In this document: positions 41,372-54,998 of the stretch, one piece after another | How positions within the stretch are numbered: the stretch's first letter is position 1 | Layout: every line of letters starts with the position of its first letter | Origin: Octopus sinensis | Taxonomy: Eukaryota | DNA length: 64,000 nt | NCBI RefSeq assembly: GCF_006345805.1 | Contig: NC_043000.1 | Span: forward strand, 98,022,001-98,086,000 | Direction: 5' to 3' | The notes under the pieces: model-generated | What the model was told of the DNA's origin: nothing | What the model saw: only the letters and a program-made list of their open reading frames with translations | Database searches by the model: none | Position numbers and translations under genes: made by a program

Positions 41372-42304
41372 ATCATCATCATCATCATCATCGTTTAACG
41401 TCCGTTTTCCGCACTAGCACGGGTTGGACGGTTCGACCGGGGTCTGGGAAGCCAGGGGCCGCTCCAGGCTCCAGTCTGATTTGGCAGAGTTTCTACGGAT
41501 GGATGCCCTTCCTAACGCCAACCACTCCGTGAGTGGATTGGGTGCTTTTTACGTGCCACCTGCACAGGGGCCGGGGGGTCCGGCATTGGTCGCGATCGGT
41601 TCGAGCTTTTAACGTGCCAGCGGCACGGGGGCAACTGGGTCCGGGGTACTTTGGGGATCCGGGGTACTTTGAATGGGTAGGGGGTATGTGGAATTGCTGC
41701 AGAAAGCAGCCCGGGTCTTTGCAGTCACAGCATATCTCCAGAGATCTCGGTCTTTCGCCATTGCCTCAGTGAGGCCCAATGCTCTGAGGTCATGCTTGAC
41801 TACCTCATCCCATGTCTTCCTGGGTCTACCTCTCCCCCTGATACCTTCAACTGTTTGGGAGTGGCACTTCTTCACACATCTCTCTTCATCCATCCGCAGC
41901 ACATGACCATACCATCGCAAGCGTCGCTCTTGCACACCACATCTGATGCTTCTTATATCCAGCATTTCTCTTAGGATGCTTACACTCTGTCTTGCGTGCA
42001 CACTGACACTACACATCCAGCGGATCATGCTAGCTTCATTTCTTTCAAGTGTACGCATGTCCTCTGCAGTCACTGCCCATGTTTCATTACCGTGAAGCAT
42101 GGCAGTTCGCACACATGCATCATACAATCTACCTTTCGCTCTGAGGGAGAGACCTTTTGTTGCCAGTAGGGGTAGGAGCTTTCTGAACTTTGCCCAGGCT
42201 ATTCGTATTCTAGTGGTGATACTCTCTGTGCATCCACCTCCGCTACTAACTTGGTCACCCAGGTAGCGGAAACTATCAACTACTTCTAGTTTCTCTCCCT
42301 GGAG
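41372..42304 (-). mobile_element. 5'-truncated RTE LINE (second subfamily)
   Basis: Open frame QGEKLEVVDSFRYLGDQVSSGGGC...RGRGRPRKTW; same (GAT)n tail; diverged codons and a different 3' UTR from the 3090-7292 copy. Confidence 0.92.
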
Positions 42305-45300
42305 TATGTTTGATAATGGAAATATTACATTCTGGCCCTCCATACTGAAAGCTGTGTCTACTAGTTGTGCTAAACATTTAATATAATATTGCTATCATAA
42401 ACTATAACATTATTATAGTAATCTTAATTCTTCACTTCACATCAGTTAACTTGGACAATAGATAAAAATAAGATAACACACTTAAATGTGAAAAAATGGG
42501 TTAGCATTTGAGTTCTTATGTATAGTGTACACTCTTAATATTTAGGTTTAAAAATCTAGAAAAAATGCATTTATAAATGTAAATGCATAAAGAGCTTGTA
42601 CAGACCAACATCAAGCACTTCAATAACTGAAGAATAGTGTTCCACAAGAAAGTGGAGTATTGGAACCAGATATATTATATTATGTAGTGGAACACTACAA
42701 AGTAAATCCCTTCAAAGTAATTTCCAAAATTCAAAGTAACTATATTTAAAGAGAGAATATCTTTACCCTTTTATGTTAAAAAAAAGGTCTTTAAGTTTTA
42801 AAAGGGAAAAATTTCAAAAATAAACCATTCTGTATTATCAGGATAAAAGTTCCAGTTGAAGATTGGTCTTTGTCACAATGCTATTTATTCACAACGGTTG
42901 TTAAGTTAGTATCATGTTTAGTCCAAGGAACATTATACATTTAATTATAAATAATTTATATGGTGAGGGAAAGACAGTTTTAGCTCATTAGCAATTATCA
43001 TTTTAATCATTCTGCTAATTTCACCACTCCGAGCATGTTTCAGTCTTATTAGAACTCCTCAGCAAAACATTAATTTCATTGTTCTTGCTGAAATAGAACT
43101 GAGAGATTTGAGACAGATGTTCAGTGTTGTACACCAAACACACTCCCTTTTTAAATCCTCTGAGTTTAATTTTATACCTATCCCTCCACAGTAACAAAAC
43201 TCTCATCATTACTTCAGCAAGTTTGCTGAAATTGATTCTATTCTTAAGAGGTCTAGCTAGACCAAAACATGTCTAGAGTTATTTCCCATTCTTGTTGAAA
43301 TGATTAAAGTAATATTAATCATTGAGTTCATATTAAGTTTTCCTCACAGCATAACTATTTCTAATTAGATTTTTTTATTAATCATTATGTTAAATATGTA
43401 ACACTAAGTTAACTGTTGTTTTTAATGCAGATGGCATCTCTGAATAATAAGTCACATGGTGCAGTTTTGATCACTTGCAGTAAAATTACTTTTGAAAAGT
43501 ATTTTATTTTTCTAAATTTCTTAGGACTTGTGTCATAACATCCCATTTTGTACATTTTTCATACTTTTTCTGATTTCACTTCATCTGTAAACACTTAACA
43601 CAGTGGAGCCTGTGCATGATTGCTTGATCTTAATGAAATAGTAACTAAAAATCCTTCAAATTACACTAATAAAAAAAACTAAAACTTCTTGAAATAATGA
43701 AATATTTTTAACTTTATCAATGAAATAATATGTTGTTATAAAACCAGATATCATATAAAACAAATCAGATACTGAGCAAGGTTAACAAGCAAAGTATATG
43801 CTGGTTTTGAACATTCTTTTAAACTATATTGTATCATGAAGAGTTGTATGAAAATGGAATCTTTTTAAATTTCTTCCCACTGTCAGAATTTTTTCAAATT
43901 TCCTACTCTGAAGTAGTTATACATGGTGATGGAATTCACATTCATTTTCACTAGAAATGAATTAAAAAAAAAGTTATAGGCTTTTAAAGTTGTGTAATCT
44001 TAACCAGTCAGAAGTCTCCGTTGCTGATATAGTGGAAGTCTCAATTATCTGTTTCCATGGGAACAGCATGAAAATTATCACTCTTCTTTTTAGGACTGCC
44101 ATATTCTTTTAAACTATATATTCTGTCATGAAGAGTCATATGGAAATATTCAAAGACTTTATGCCACGATCTATTCCAATGAAAAATTGTCAGTCTTCGA
44201 AGAATGATTTGAAAAAAAGAATACTAAAGTTAGAGGCGCAGTTCATTTTCTAGGATCTACCAACCAGTTCATGGAGGTTAGGAAAAGATTCAACAAAAAG
44301 ACTCAACTGTTCTTTAGTTATGCTTCTTTTTCCTTTGCTTTTGTTTGTTTTTTAGTTTTTTGCTTTTGTTTCTTAACTTACATAAGTCATATTATATATA
44401 CTTTACTTGGTTTGTCCTGACTTGCCAGCTTTAAATTAAATAGATATATAAGACATTAAGCAGACACAGACATAGCTGTGTGATCAGAAAGCTTGGTTTT
44501 CAACCACATAGTTTCAGGTTCAGTCCTACTGCATGGCAGTAACCCGTCTACTGTAACCCTGTGGTTGATGTTGAGAAAGGCATCCAGCAGTAGAAACCAT
44601 TGCCAAAGCAGACACATAGAATGTTGTCAAACTGTTCAACCTATGTCAGCATGGAAAAAAGGCCATTAAATGATGATGATGATGGGTGGGTGAGTAACTG
44701 TGTATCTTTGTGTTTGTACCTCACCACCACTTGATATCTGGTGTTGGTTTGTTTGCATTCCCATAACTTGATGGTTCAGCAAAGTGTCTGATAAAATAAG
44801 TGCCAGACTTAACAACAACAAAACTAAGTTGTGGGGTTGATTTGTTCAACTGAACCCTTCAAGATAGTGCCCCAGTATGGTTGCAATTTGTTGACTAAGA
44901 TAGAAGATATTTTCAAAAATAAATTTGGACTTGGATTATTTGTTAAATTAGTGCTGCTGCTATTACTACTACTACTATTACTACTACCTGCTACTGCTGC
45001 AGGTGTTGTCTTATTCCTCAAATTACATCCACTCAGAGCAAGTGACCTCCATTGACCAGAGCTATAAAAGCCATTGAACACTCCAGTAAGCAGGTCAGGT
45101 CATTGCTGTTAGAAATGTAAATTATAGTTGACCTTCAGCCCCATGGGACAAATTTGGGATTTTTGCTCTTTATATCATTGTTGCCATTCATTTTTCTTGT
45201 TTCATTTTGTTTTTTGTGCTTTTCTTTATAAGTAGTAGAAAAGTTACTGTCAACTTACTGTGTGTGTATGTGTGTGTGTTATTTGGAAGAAGAAGAAGTA

Positions 45301-45751
45301 ACATTGACTATAGTGAACTGGAGCAAGGAGGATGGAGAAAGAATGAGAGTATGTATATCTGTATGTGTATAAAAAGTGTGGAAGCAAGTGTTTATGTATG
45401 CTTCTGTATGAAAGAGGAAAGAAAACTACATAAGGAGCTGAATGTTTGTGCATAAAAGAAAGAAGCTATAGGAGAAAGTGAGAAAAATAAAGTACTAGAG
45501 TATGTTGAAAAGAGGATATATTTTTAAATCATTTCTATTATATGCACAAGGGCTGAAGCTTTGTTGGTGACTTATGTTAAAGACTCCAAAAAGCAAAGAA
45601 ATCTTTTAAAATGAAAATAAACTAAGGCTTTTCTTTTTATAATTGGAAGGGGTTGTGCCTAGTCAAAGGTTATTTACAAAACCATCTTTATGATCTGTTT
45701 AAAGTTTAATAATGATCCTGTAGTTATTTTATAGAAAGGTTACATATAGAT

Positions 45752-45902
45752 ACAGGCATGGCTGTGGGGTAAGAAGTTTGCTTTCCAAGTACAGAGTTCT
45801 GGGTTCTTGACATCTTGAGCAAATGTCTTCTACTATAGTCCTAGGCCAACCAACACCTTGTGAGTGGATTCTGTTGACAGAAACTGAATGAAGACCCCCC
45901 CC

Positions 45903-45969
<67 letters not shown>

Positions 45970-46200
45970 TAGATAGATATAGATATATTTGTATATATCT
46001 ATGTGTTTGTGTTTACCCACTGTGCCTCACCACTTGACAATTGGTTGATTTGTTTATGTCCCTGTAACCTAGAGGTTCAGCAAAAAAGATAGACCAGTCT
46101 TTAAAAAATAGGTACTTGGGTCAATTCATTTAGCGAAAAAGCCCTTCAGAGTGGTGCCCCTGCATGACTGCATTACAATGATGGAAACAAATAAAAGATT
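45752..46200 (+). mobile_element. SINE family A with CR1-like tail and internal (TA)n
   Basis: caggcatggctgtggggtaagaagtttgct head; tail gtggtgcccctgcatgactgc..gaaacaaataaaaga. Confidence 0.8.
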
Positions 46201-46756
46201 TTTTAAAAAATTGAAGGAGTCTTTTTCAGGCATTAAGATGTTATTGCAGATTGAGTGATTATACAGAGGCTCACTTGTTGGCTCATATGCTCTTGTATGA
46301 AATTAAATCAGATAGAACCAATAAATGGAATGATGTGTGTCAGTGGTATAACTTGCAAGAAATTTAGCTGTCACAGGCTCTCAGAGAGACTATTGACACC
46401 AATGTTCCTTTTGAACAGTTGCAATTTGAGCCTCAGTAAAAACATAGACAAGGTTGAAATTCCAGAGAATCAGCATTCTTAGTAGGGAGACCTTAGGGTT
46501 AGTGCAGGGCTACTGGTGGCCGGACACCATATGGGTGGTGGGAGGAGGAGAGAGGGGTGGATTTTTGCTGAAGAAAATGGCAGGAGAATAGCCAGTTCTG
46601 AGAAGCAGAGTTCACTATAACTGCTATGATAGCAGCTACAGTGGGTGGATGTATATTTAGTACATGCACTCAAAATATATTTTGAAAATTTTTGATTTAC
46701 ATGTTACTTAGTCCTTTTCGTACAATATTTCTGATGATTTCTCTTTGCTTTTGCAG

Positions 46757-46874
46757 GTTGTCTTGGTTAAATGTTGCTCTCATCCTTATTGCCAACTTCT
46801 TTATATTATTGATTGGTGGCTGGATTATATTGCAGTTCTCTGCATTTCGCTGTGAAGAATTTGAACTATGTTTG
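46757..46874 (+). CDS. Internal coding exon C of the NEF1-like gene (LSWLNVALILIANFFILLIGGWIILQFSAFRCEEFELCL)
   Basis: ttttgcag acceptor; TTG|gtaagt donor; 118 nt, phase 2 to phase 0. LIGGWIILQF resembles plant NEF1 LIGxWxSLQF (recalled). Confidence 0.9.
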
Positions 46875-47427
46875 GTAAGTTGCTCTTTCTCTCTAAGTTC
46901 CTTCTTGACATCAATGAATCTTAACTCTTTTGTTACTGTATTTCTGTTGAAATACGTTGTCTTCATTTCAATTATTTTTGAAAATAATGAAAACTTCTGT
47001 AAAATAATTTTGACATTATTAAGCTGGTGCTTGAAACAAATTTTAATGAAATTTTGATGGAAGGTTTTAATTTGTGTCGTAGAACCAAAAGCAATGTCAA
47101 GTAGTTTGATATAGAGAGTTCTATTCATGATAGAAATTACTTTCGCAGGCAAACCCTTCGTGAGAGAGCTTCTGGTTTGGCAGCTCCTATCAAACTTGTG
47201 CCAACATGGAAAATGGACATTAAACAATGATGATGATGGTGGCAACTGCCGCTGCCACACTTCAAATCTGCTAGGAATGACTATTTCAGACAACCTCTCC
47301 TGAAAAAGGGCTTAAGATCATGTTTTGACCTGTAAAAAAAAAGTAGCAGTCAAATCTCCATCAAATTACGTCTTGGCAAAATAGATTTAACTCTTCTACA
47401 CATTATCTCAGTAAAATTTCTAAAAAC

Positions 47428-47930
47428 AAGCCTGACTGTGTGGTAAGAATTTTGCTTCTCAACCACTTGGTTCTGGATTCAGCCTCACTACTTGACATCT
47501 TGGGTAAGTGTCTTCTGTTATAGTCCTGTACCACCCTAAACCTTACAAGTGGATCTGGTAGACAGAAATTGAAAGAAACCTATCAACTATTTTAAATGAT
47601 AGATGTAACTCCTACTAAATGTGTTGAGAGCCCTTTTCTTTTATTTGTCCATTCACTCGTGTGTGTGTGTGTGTGTTACACAGTTTCCTTACTGTGACAT
47701 CACATGATAGATAGTTGTAAATGAATGTTATCATCATGCAAGGAGAGTCTGTCATTCATCTTCCATGAAGACATGTCTCATCATAGGAGAAATATTATCT
47801 TACTTGGAAATAAGTAATGGTTGACAACAGGAAGGGCATCCAGCTATAGAAAACCTTCTTCAAAAAAGAAATTTCTGTCTGATTTATGTCAGCATAGAAA
47901 AGCGGCTATTAAAATGGGGATGATGATCCA
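47428..47930 (+). mobile_element. SINE family A with RTE-type tail
   Basis: ctgtgtggtaagaattttgct head; tail agcatagaaaagcggctattaaaatggggatgatgat. Confidence 0.75.
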
Positions 47931-47967
47931 AGTAGATACTCTACACAATTACTTTAATCAAATCATT

Positions 47968-48269
47968 GTTTGTTCCTTCTCGAGCCACGCCTGGCTCATA
48001 AGGGCCGGTTTCCTGGTTTCCTTGGCATATAGGTTCCCCACCTGGACAGAACACCAGTCCATCGCAGGTGAGCTGCAAGATGCAGGAGGAAAAAGTGAGA
48101 GAAAGTTGTGGTGAAAGAGTTAGCAGAAGTTCGCTATTACCTTCTGCCGGAGCCACGTGGAACTTAGGTGTTTCTCTCATAAACACACACATCGCCCAGT
48201 CTGAGATTTGAACTCGCAATCCCTCAACCACGAGTCCGCTGCTCTAATCACTAGGCTATGTGCCTCCAC
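47968..48269 (-). mobile_element. tRNA-derived SINE with a V-domain-like segment
   Basis: Minus strand: A box tagcctagtgattag and B box gagttcaaatc; later cctgcgatggactggtgttctgtccagg, resembling the V-SINE domain; (ACAA)n tail. Confidence 0.7.
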
Positions 48270-48987
48270 TAATCAAATCATACTATCTTCAAATATGAGT
48301 GATGAGCTCCTGGATGTGCAAGAGTTGGAAAAGGGACTGTCAAAGTTGCAAATGAAATGCTTTTAATCTTGGGTCTGTATGCTTAGTCAGGTCTAACCTG
48401 AAGCTAAACAGCAGCAGCTTCTGGAAATTTTACACTCTCTTTATTTTTAAAATGATATCAAAAACGTATTGCTTTGTCAGTAGTTGTAGACACTTTAAGA
48501 TCATAAGGTAAGAAACATGTCTCTCATGTTTCTGGTACTAAGGAGTGTGTTGATGGCTCATTTTTGTAGTTATTTGTTTGGTTTTGTTGGAGGGGTGGCA
48601 TCTATATTGTTGGCAGTCTGGTGAGGTCAGTATGGTTGACGTTCAAAAGTAGAGTAACAACCACAGGAAAAATAGATAGACAGAAAGGGTGTGAAGATAG
48701 ACTTTCTGGAAAAGAAGGATTGTGTGTAGGTTAGTGTGGGGCTTTGAAGGTAAGATAAAATAAAGATGACTGTAGGAAGCAAGAGATATGTAAGTCTGGG
48801 AGGAGATAGCTTGAAACTTAAGGCATTGTAGTAAGGCAGAAAATGGAGACAGTGCTTCTGTAGTCCAGAAGTAGTAGTGGTGTTTAGTGAGTGTTTGCTG
48901 ATCAGTTGGATGGTCATCTTTTGGATGGATGCTGACTTGGATGGTTGTGTACATGTGTAAGAGCAGTAGCACATTCCTGGATACAAG

Positions 48988-50050
48988 GGTAAATTTATAG
49001 TTTCACACCAGAATCGATTTGGTACTAAATAATTTTTTTCCCACAGGTTTTTGGGGTGCAATCATCTTAGTTAACTTTGTAAGCTGTTTGAAATGCATTC
49101 TTTCCATGGAAAACAGATGGGGTAGGGGTGAGGTGGAACCTTGGAAGTCCCCTCCTTTCCGACCCCATTTCCTGCATTTTTTCATTGCAATTGTCTTGGT
49201 TGACCTCATAATGTGTGGGAAATGCATTTTGTCCATGGAAAACGGGGTGGGGGTGAGGCGGAACCTAGGGCAGTTCTGTATATCTTCTGTCTCCAGATTT
49301 GTGCTGGAATCGATCCTTTACTAGGAGGGGTGTATATAATTTTGCTGCCTCAATAAAAAATTGGTGTATATAATTTTGCTGCCTCAATGAAAAATTGGTG
49401 CAGCAATTTATTTTATTGTTTTCTGTAGCAGAGATAAATAAATACCTGGCCAGGTACTGCTGTAGACAGTTTGAATGTTTACCCAGCCTTTTCATCTATT
49501 CCTTTAAATCTCGTCAAAAACGTTTGATGTTTTGTGTGTGTGTATGTGTGGTATCAACAAAATTCCCTTTTGTGGTTTATCATGTAATGTTGATAACCCC
49601 GTGTTTGTATGTCTTTGTAAGCTGCCCAAGAATCACTGTAGATAACTGACCCAGGTTTGATGTATTTCTGAATTAGTGGAAGCAATGTCGCTTTGTCACA
49701 CTTCTGACCAGTCAGGAGAACAACAAAGCAGCGTTTCTTAATCTACTCAATTCCAGCGAACAACCAAACATAAACATTTTAATTAGAATATACAATCTGT
49801 AAATAGAATTAATGATTATATGTATGAGATCAATTAAGATGATTGCAACGAAAAAAATACACGTGAGACGGGGTCGGGAAGGGGAATTTCTGAGGTTCCA
49901 CCCCACCCCCACCGCCTCCATTTTCCGCAGAAAGAATGCATTTGCAACAACTTATGAGATCAACTAAGATGATTGCACCCACAAAAACTACGGGAAAAAA
50001 TAAATTATTTAGTACCGAAATCGAGTCTGGTGTGAAACTATAAATTTATC
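48988..50050. mobile_element. Long-TIR MITE with an 8-bp TSD (Merlin- or MULE-like)
   Basis: ggtaaatttatagtttcacaccag... / ...ctggtgtgaaactataaatttatc; inverted similarity extends over 200 bp; flanks gatacaag / gatgcaag. Confidence 0.75.
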
Positions 50051-50344
50051 GATGCAAGTACAGTATTCAGCTTTTGTAACTTTAACATTGAAATTTTACA
50101 AGTCATTTGTCTTTTGCTGTATCAACTATACTATCCACAATTCTTTGTAATATATAATGATTGATAATATAAAAGGAAAAGACCTGCCAGAATGTCTTCT
50201 GGAAGGTTGTGAGTAATTCTGCTGACCTTACCATTCGACTGGGGGCTTATTTTATCCATTTCCAGCCTTTTGTAGGATTTGAACTGAGAATGTAAAGACA
50301 TCCAATGAAATTAGATTCCACTGCCAACATTCTACTTATATTCT

Positions 50345-50745
50345 CCTGTCATTTACTTGTTTCAGTCATTGAACCATGGCCATGCTGGGGCACTGCCTTA
50401 AGGGTTATAATCAAACAAATTGATCCCAGTACTTATTTTGTTTTAGGCATGGTACTTATTCTAATGGTCTCTTTTGCTGAGTCACTAAGTTATGCAGGGA
50501 TGTAAACAAACCAATATTGGTTGTCAAGCAGTGAAAGGAACATACACAAACACAAATCATGCACACACATGTACACTTACACACACACATGCTTTCACAC
50601 AGTTTCCATTTACGAAATTCACTTATAAGGCATTAGTCAGTCCAGGGCTTTAGTAGAAGGCGCTTACCCAATGTGCTATGTAGTGGAACTGAACCCAAAA
50701 CCATGAGACTGCAAAGTCAGCTTAATTAACCACACAGCTATACCT
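50345..50745 (-). mobile_element. SINE family A with CR1-like tail
   Basis: Reverse copy: tttacttgtttcagtcatt..ggccatgctggggcac tail; accacacagctatacctgc head. Confidence 0.75.
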
Positions 50746-51981
50746 GCATCCAATATTGCCATCTGCAGTAATATTAATGATAACAGAAAAAATGTCAATA
50801 GAAATATAATCATAATGATTATATTAAAAATAACAAAAAAATGAAACTACAGTAATGAACTGAAGGTCATGAATAACAATATATCAACTCATGTGCCATC
50901 CTTTAAAAAAAAACGGAAAAGAACAAGAATGGAAATGTCATTTGTATCATTTTAATGGGGTGCTATCATATCTGGTCTATATAATCAATAGCCAATCTTT
51001 ATGGGTCTTCACAGAACCCCTAATTTAATCCTGCTGGAATCTACATCACATGCAAACTTAGAATGGTATTATTTCCAAAAGTTCAACATAATATTGGAAA
51101 TGTCAACACAATACCTTTCAGGAATTCCAAATGGATTTTATAGGCTCAGAGTTTGCATGTATTTTTATGATTTTTATTTGTAAAGCTGTAGAGTGTTTTA
51201 AAGCTAAGAAACAAATAATGGGTTGAGAGTAATATTATATACATGTTTATGTGTGTTGTTGTTGTTGTTATTATTATTATTATTGTTGTTGTTGTTATTA
51301 TTATTACTACTACTTTTATTATTATCATTTTATAATTATTATTAATCAGCAGAAGTTACAAAATGACTCAAAGGAGTTTTGCTCATGATACATATTCTAC
51401 TAGACATGTGTGTATGTATGTATGTAGAGAGAGATACATACATATACATATACGCAAACATATGCATATTCCAGCATGGAAAACAGATGTTAAATGAAAA
51501 TGATGATTGTGTGTGTGTGTATGTGTAAAATTATAGTATGTTTATGTGCTTGTACCTCTGCACATGTGTGTGTGTTTGTATCGCTGCTTGAAATGTGGGT
51601 TATATAGGCCCGTATCAATGGCATCACAAAAAGAGAACGTTAATATGGTTGCTTAACCAGATATAAAATAAAATTGCAGGCAAATCTCCCTCAGAATCAC
51701 ATCCTACATCCTTAAAAAAAAAGCCTAAGGGCACATTCATGTAGTTTTAGATTCACTATGTTTGAAAAACAAAATGGGATGTTCACAGCTGTTATGCCTT
51801 TGATCATAGATCTGCTTACTTAATCAGTGTTAATCTCCAAGTTAAATAACAACCACAAAAGTGTATAATGATTATTCAAGGAAGTACTATTCAAGAATAC
51901 ATGTTTTATTTCCTTTATCTTTTACTTGTCTCAGTCATTAGACTATGGCCATGCTGGGGTCCTACCTTGAAGGGTTTAGTC

Positions 51982-52183
51982 TAGAGGTTCTCAAATAGGA
52001 GTCCATATGACCCTTGTGGGTCCATATAAGAACTTGTTAAAATTGATGTGCAGTAAATTGCTTACACTTGTACAAAACAAAATATTTTAATAATTTTTTT
52101 TTATGCAATGGCTGTGAAGGTTCACCCAAATAAAATAGGAATCAAAGGGGTCCATAGGTAAAACAAATGGTTGAGAACCACTG
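51982..52183. mobile_element. hAT-type MITE nested in a SINE
   Basis: TIR tagaggttctcaa / ttgagaaccactg; 8-bp TSD gtttagtc / gttcagtc. Confidence 0.75.
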
Positions 52184-52337
52184 GTTCAGTCAGACAAATT
52201 GACCCCAGTACATTTTTTAATGTCTGGTACTTAATCTTTTGGTCTCTTTTGATGAATCACTAATTTTATGGGAACATAAGCAAACTGTTTGTATAGCAGT
52301 TTTGGAGAACAGGCACAAAGGCACACATTGGCTTCCA

Positions 52338-53517
52338 TATTTTGGATCATCCCATAAATAATGCAGTTTTTTTATACTTCTTTTATATTTCAAAATTAAG
52401 ATTAACCAAGTTCTTTTTTAATCTAAAATATACTTCGCTTCATTTTCTACAATGCTCTTTCATCTATCTGGTAGACTTTGAAGGCCTCCCACTTCCAAAA
52501 ATTCATGTGTCCATGACGAAAAATACTCCTCCAGAATTTATATTTTTTCCATCCAAATGATTTTGAAGACTGCAGAATAAATGATAATTAGATGGGTCAA
52601 TGTCTGGTGAATATCATTTTCCATTCAAACTGCTCCAGTCTTTGGAATGTCATCCTAGCTGTTTGTGGTCAAGCATTATCCTGATGGAAGAACACATATC
52701 ATCTTGAAACCAAAGATGGTTGTTTTTCTTCTAGCGCTGATCTCCTTTCTTATTGTTTGGTTTGGGTTTAAAAGTTCAAAGTGGGCTAAACCTTTCATAT
52801 CCCACCAAACTGATAACAACACCTTGTGTGGGTGAAGACTTTCTGTAGCCCGGGGAGCTGTTGTTTCTCCTTTCCCTACTCTCTGTCTTGGGCACTTGAC
52901 ATTTTTAAAGAGAACCTATTTCTCGTCATTATTCAGTCCAAAAAAGGTTCATTCATGAGACATGACAGCAAAGAAGAGCACACATTCACTCTCTGCATGT
53001 GATTAGACTCGGAAAGTTTGCGAGGAACACATTGACTCAATTTGCTGACTCTTCTGATGGCACGCAGGTGTTGATGAATGATTGAATGACCAAATCCAAG
53101 CTTCTCTTCTAGTTCTTCAACAGTTACAATGGGATTTTGTTCCACCAGGGCTTGCAGGACATCCTTGTCAAGCTCTACAGATCTTCCAGTACAAGGCTCG
53201 TTTTCTGGGCTGTAGTTTCCAGCTCAATTTCTGGAACTACCGTTGACACTAGCTTATGCTTGTTGTCTGATCTCCATATACTGCATTAATATTCCTCACA
53301 CTTTCTGTTACATTATTGCCTTTATTGTACTCATAAAGCAAAATGCCAAATATGCCCCTTTGTCACTTCCATTATAGCTTTGAAAAATTAACTGTTAAAA
53401 TTGAACTGCACTCTTCAAAACTAGCACAAAGAATAAGGTAAGGTAAAATTACTACTGTTTTTATAGCAAGTTGATGCAGGTAGTTTATTCCATCCCCACT
53501 CTGACTTTTAATTCTAT
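52338..53517 (-). mobile_element. Degenerate mariner element nested in a SINE
   Basis: ATG near 53372 (MEVTK..LLYEYNKG); HTH TVEELEEKLG; CVPRKL (WVPHEL-like); NDEK*VL; QDNA*P; YSPDIDPSNYHL; one TIR at about 52338. Confidence 0.88.
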
Positions 53518-53887
53518 ACAAAGGGCTTCCAAACAGTTTTCATCTACCAAATTCACTCACAAGGTATTTTGTCAGCCTCAAACTATGTGAGTGTAAAGCA
53601 AGGTCCTTAACAACACAACCATACCTGTGCCTATTAATAATAAATTTTGTATATTTGAGGTTTACAAAAAATGTTTTAAAATAGGGAAGCCAACATCACT
53701 TTGAGTATCAAATATAATTACTCTGAAATAGTTGAGCCAGTATGGTTGGTAGTCTCTATGTGATTGCTTGACCAACCAGTATTGCCAATATAAATGTTGG
53801 TTGGTAGTCATACTATACATATATATATATATATATATAATATATATATATATATAATATATATATATATATAATATATATATATAT

Positions 53888-54080
53888 GGAGAGTTTACGA
53901 AAAAAACAACAAAAGACGAAGACAGGTGGTGTACAAAACAAACAGATGTATTAGTATAATGCTCAGGAATAGAAAAAGTATTTTACGTTTCAAGCCTACG
54001 CTCTTCTACAGAAAGAGACACAGAAAACAAGGAAAGAAAAAAATGTGTGTAGTGGCTAACGATCTATCATGGCGTCTCCA
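53888..54080 (-). mobile_element. Short (TA)n-inserted element with a minimal hammerhead-like motif
   Basis: Termini ggaga / tctcc; minus strand 54015-53981 reads ttt-CTGTAGA-AGAGC(gtag)GCTT-GAAACGT-A-aaa. Confidence 0.5.
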
Positions 54081-54804
54081 TATATATATGTTTATGGAGA
54101 GAGAGAGAGAGAGAGAGAAAGAAAGAGTTAACATAAGAAGTGCGAGACGAGGACACATACTAGGTTTGGTAGCAGGTAATGAGTAATGGATCCCCCTCAC
54201 ACATAGACACAGTGTAAGAGAGACAGAATCATAGAAACAGAAGAGAGGGAGAGGGAGTAAATGATTGAGTTGTAATGAGAGATGTTCAATTTTACCAATA
54301 CATTTTTGATGGAGTAGATTGTGACTATGTTAATGAAATTTTAAAGAATTATAACAAATGTTTGTTGCAAATATACAAATGAGAAATTTGTTTTATTTTA
54401 TTTTAAGGTAATAAATATTTTCCTTTTGAAAATTAGTATTCATTTCATCATTTTGCATAAGCACCAAGAGATTGGAAAGATATGATTTAACAACTATAAA
54501 TATTGTATGTATGCCAAATTTCCTGTGTTTATGTGTGTATATCAGTTTTAAATGGTGGAATTTGAAGTAAATAAAGTCATAAATAATAGTGTGAACATAC
54601 TGGGTTAAAAGAAAACCTTCTGGACTAAAAAAAGTTGAGGGTTGCCTGTAAACATGACAGACTTTCTACTATTGTACTAAAGCAATCCTTCAAATTTCTC
54701 TCTCCATTTTAGAAGTTTTGTTCTTAGTAGTAAGAATTGTAAATCTATTTATGTGTATATAGATGTGTATGTATGTGTGTGTGTGTGTATATATATATAT
54801 ATGT

Positions 54805-54998
54805 ATCATTATCATCATCTGTTTTCCATGCTAGCATGAGTTGGATGGTTTGACCGGGGTCAGGGAAGCCAGGAGGCTGCACCAGGCTCCAGTCTGATCT
54901 GGCAGTGTTTCTACAGCTAGATGCCCTTCCTAACGCCAACCAGTGTAGGTAGTGGGTGCTTTTTATGTACCACTGGCACAGGTGCCAGGGGAGGCAGG
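54805..54998 (-). mobile_element. RTE 3' UTR fragment
   Basis: Matches 3100-3300. Confidence 0.85.

Noticed and set aside
46697-47293. 198-aa minus-strand ORF
   Set aside because: Antisense to exon C, runs into AT-rich intron and a repeat tail, and has no recognisable domain.
48195-48269. tRNA gene
   Set aside because: A and B boxes are present, but the sequence continues into a SINE body; no clean cloverleaf or terminator.
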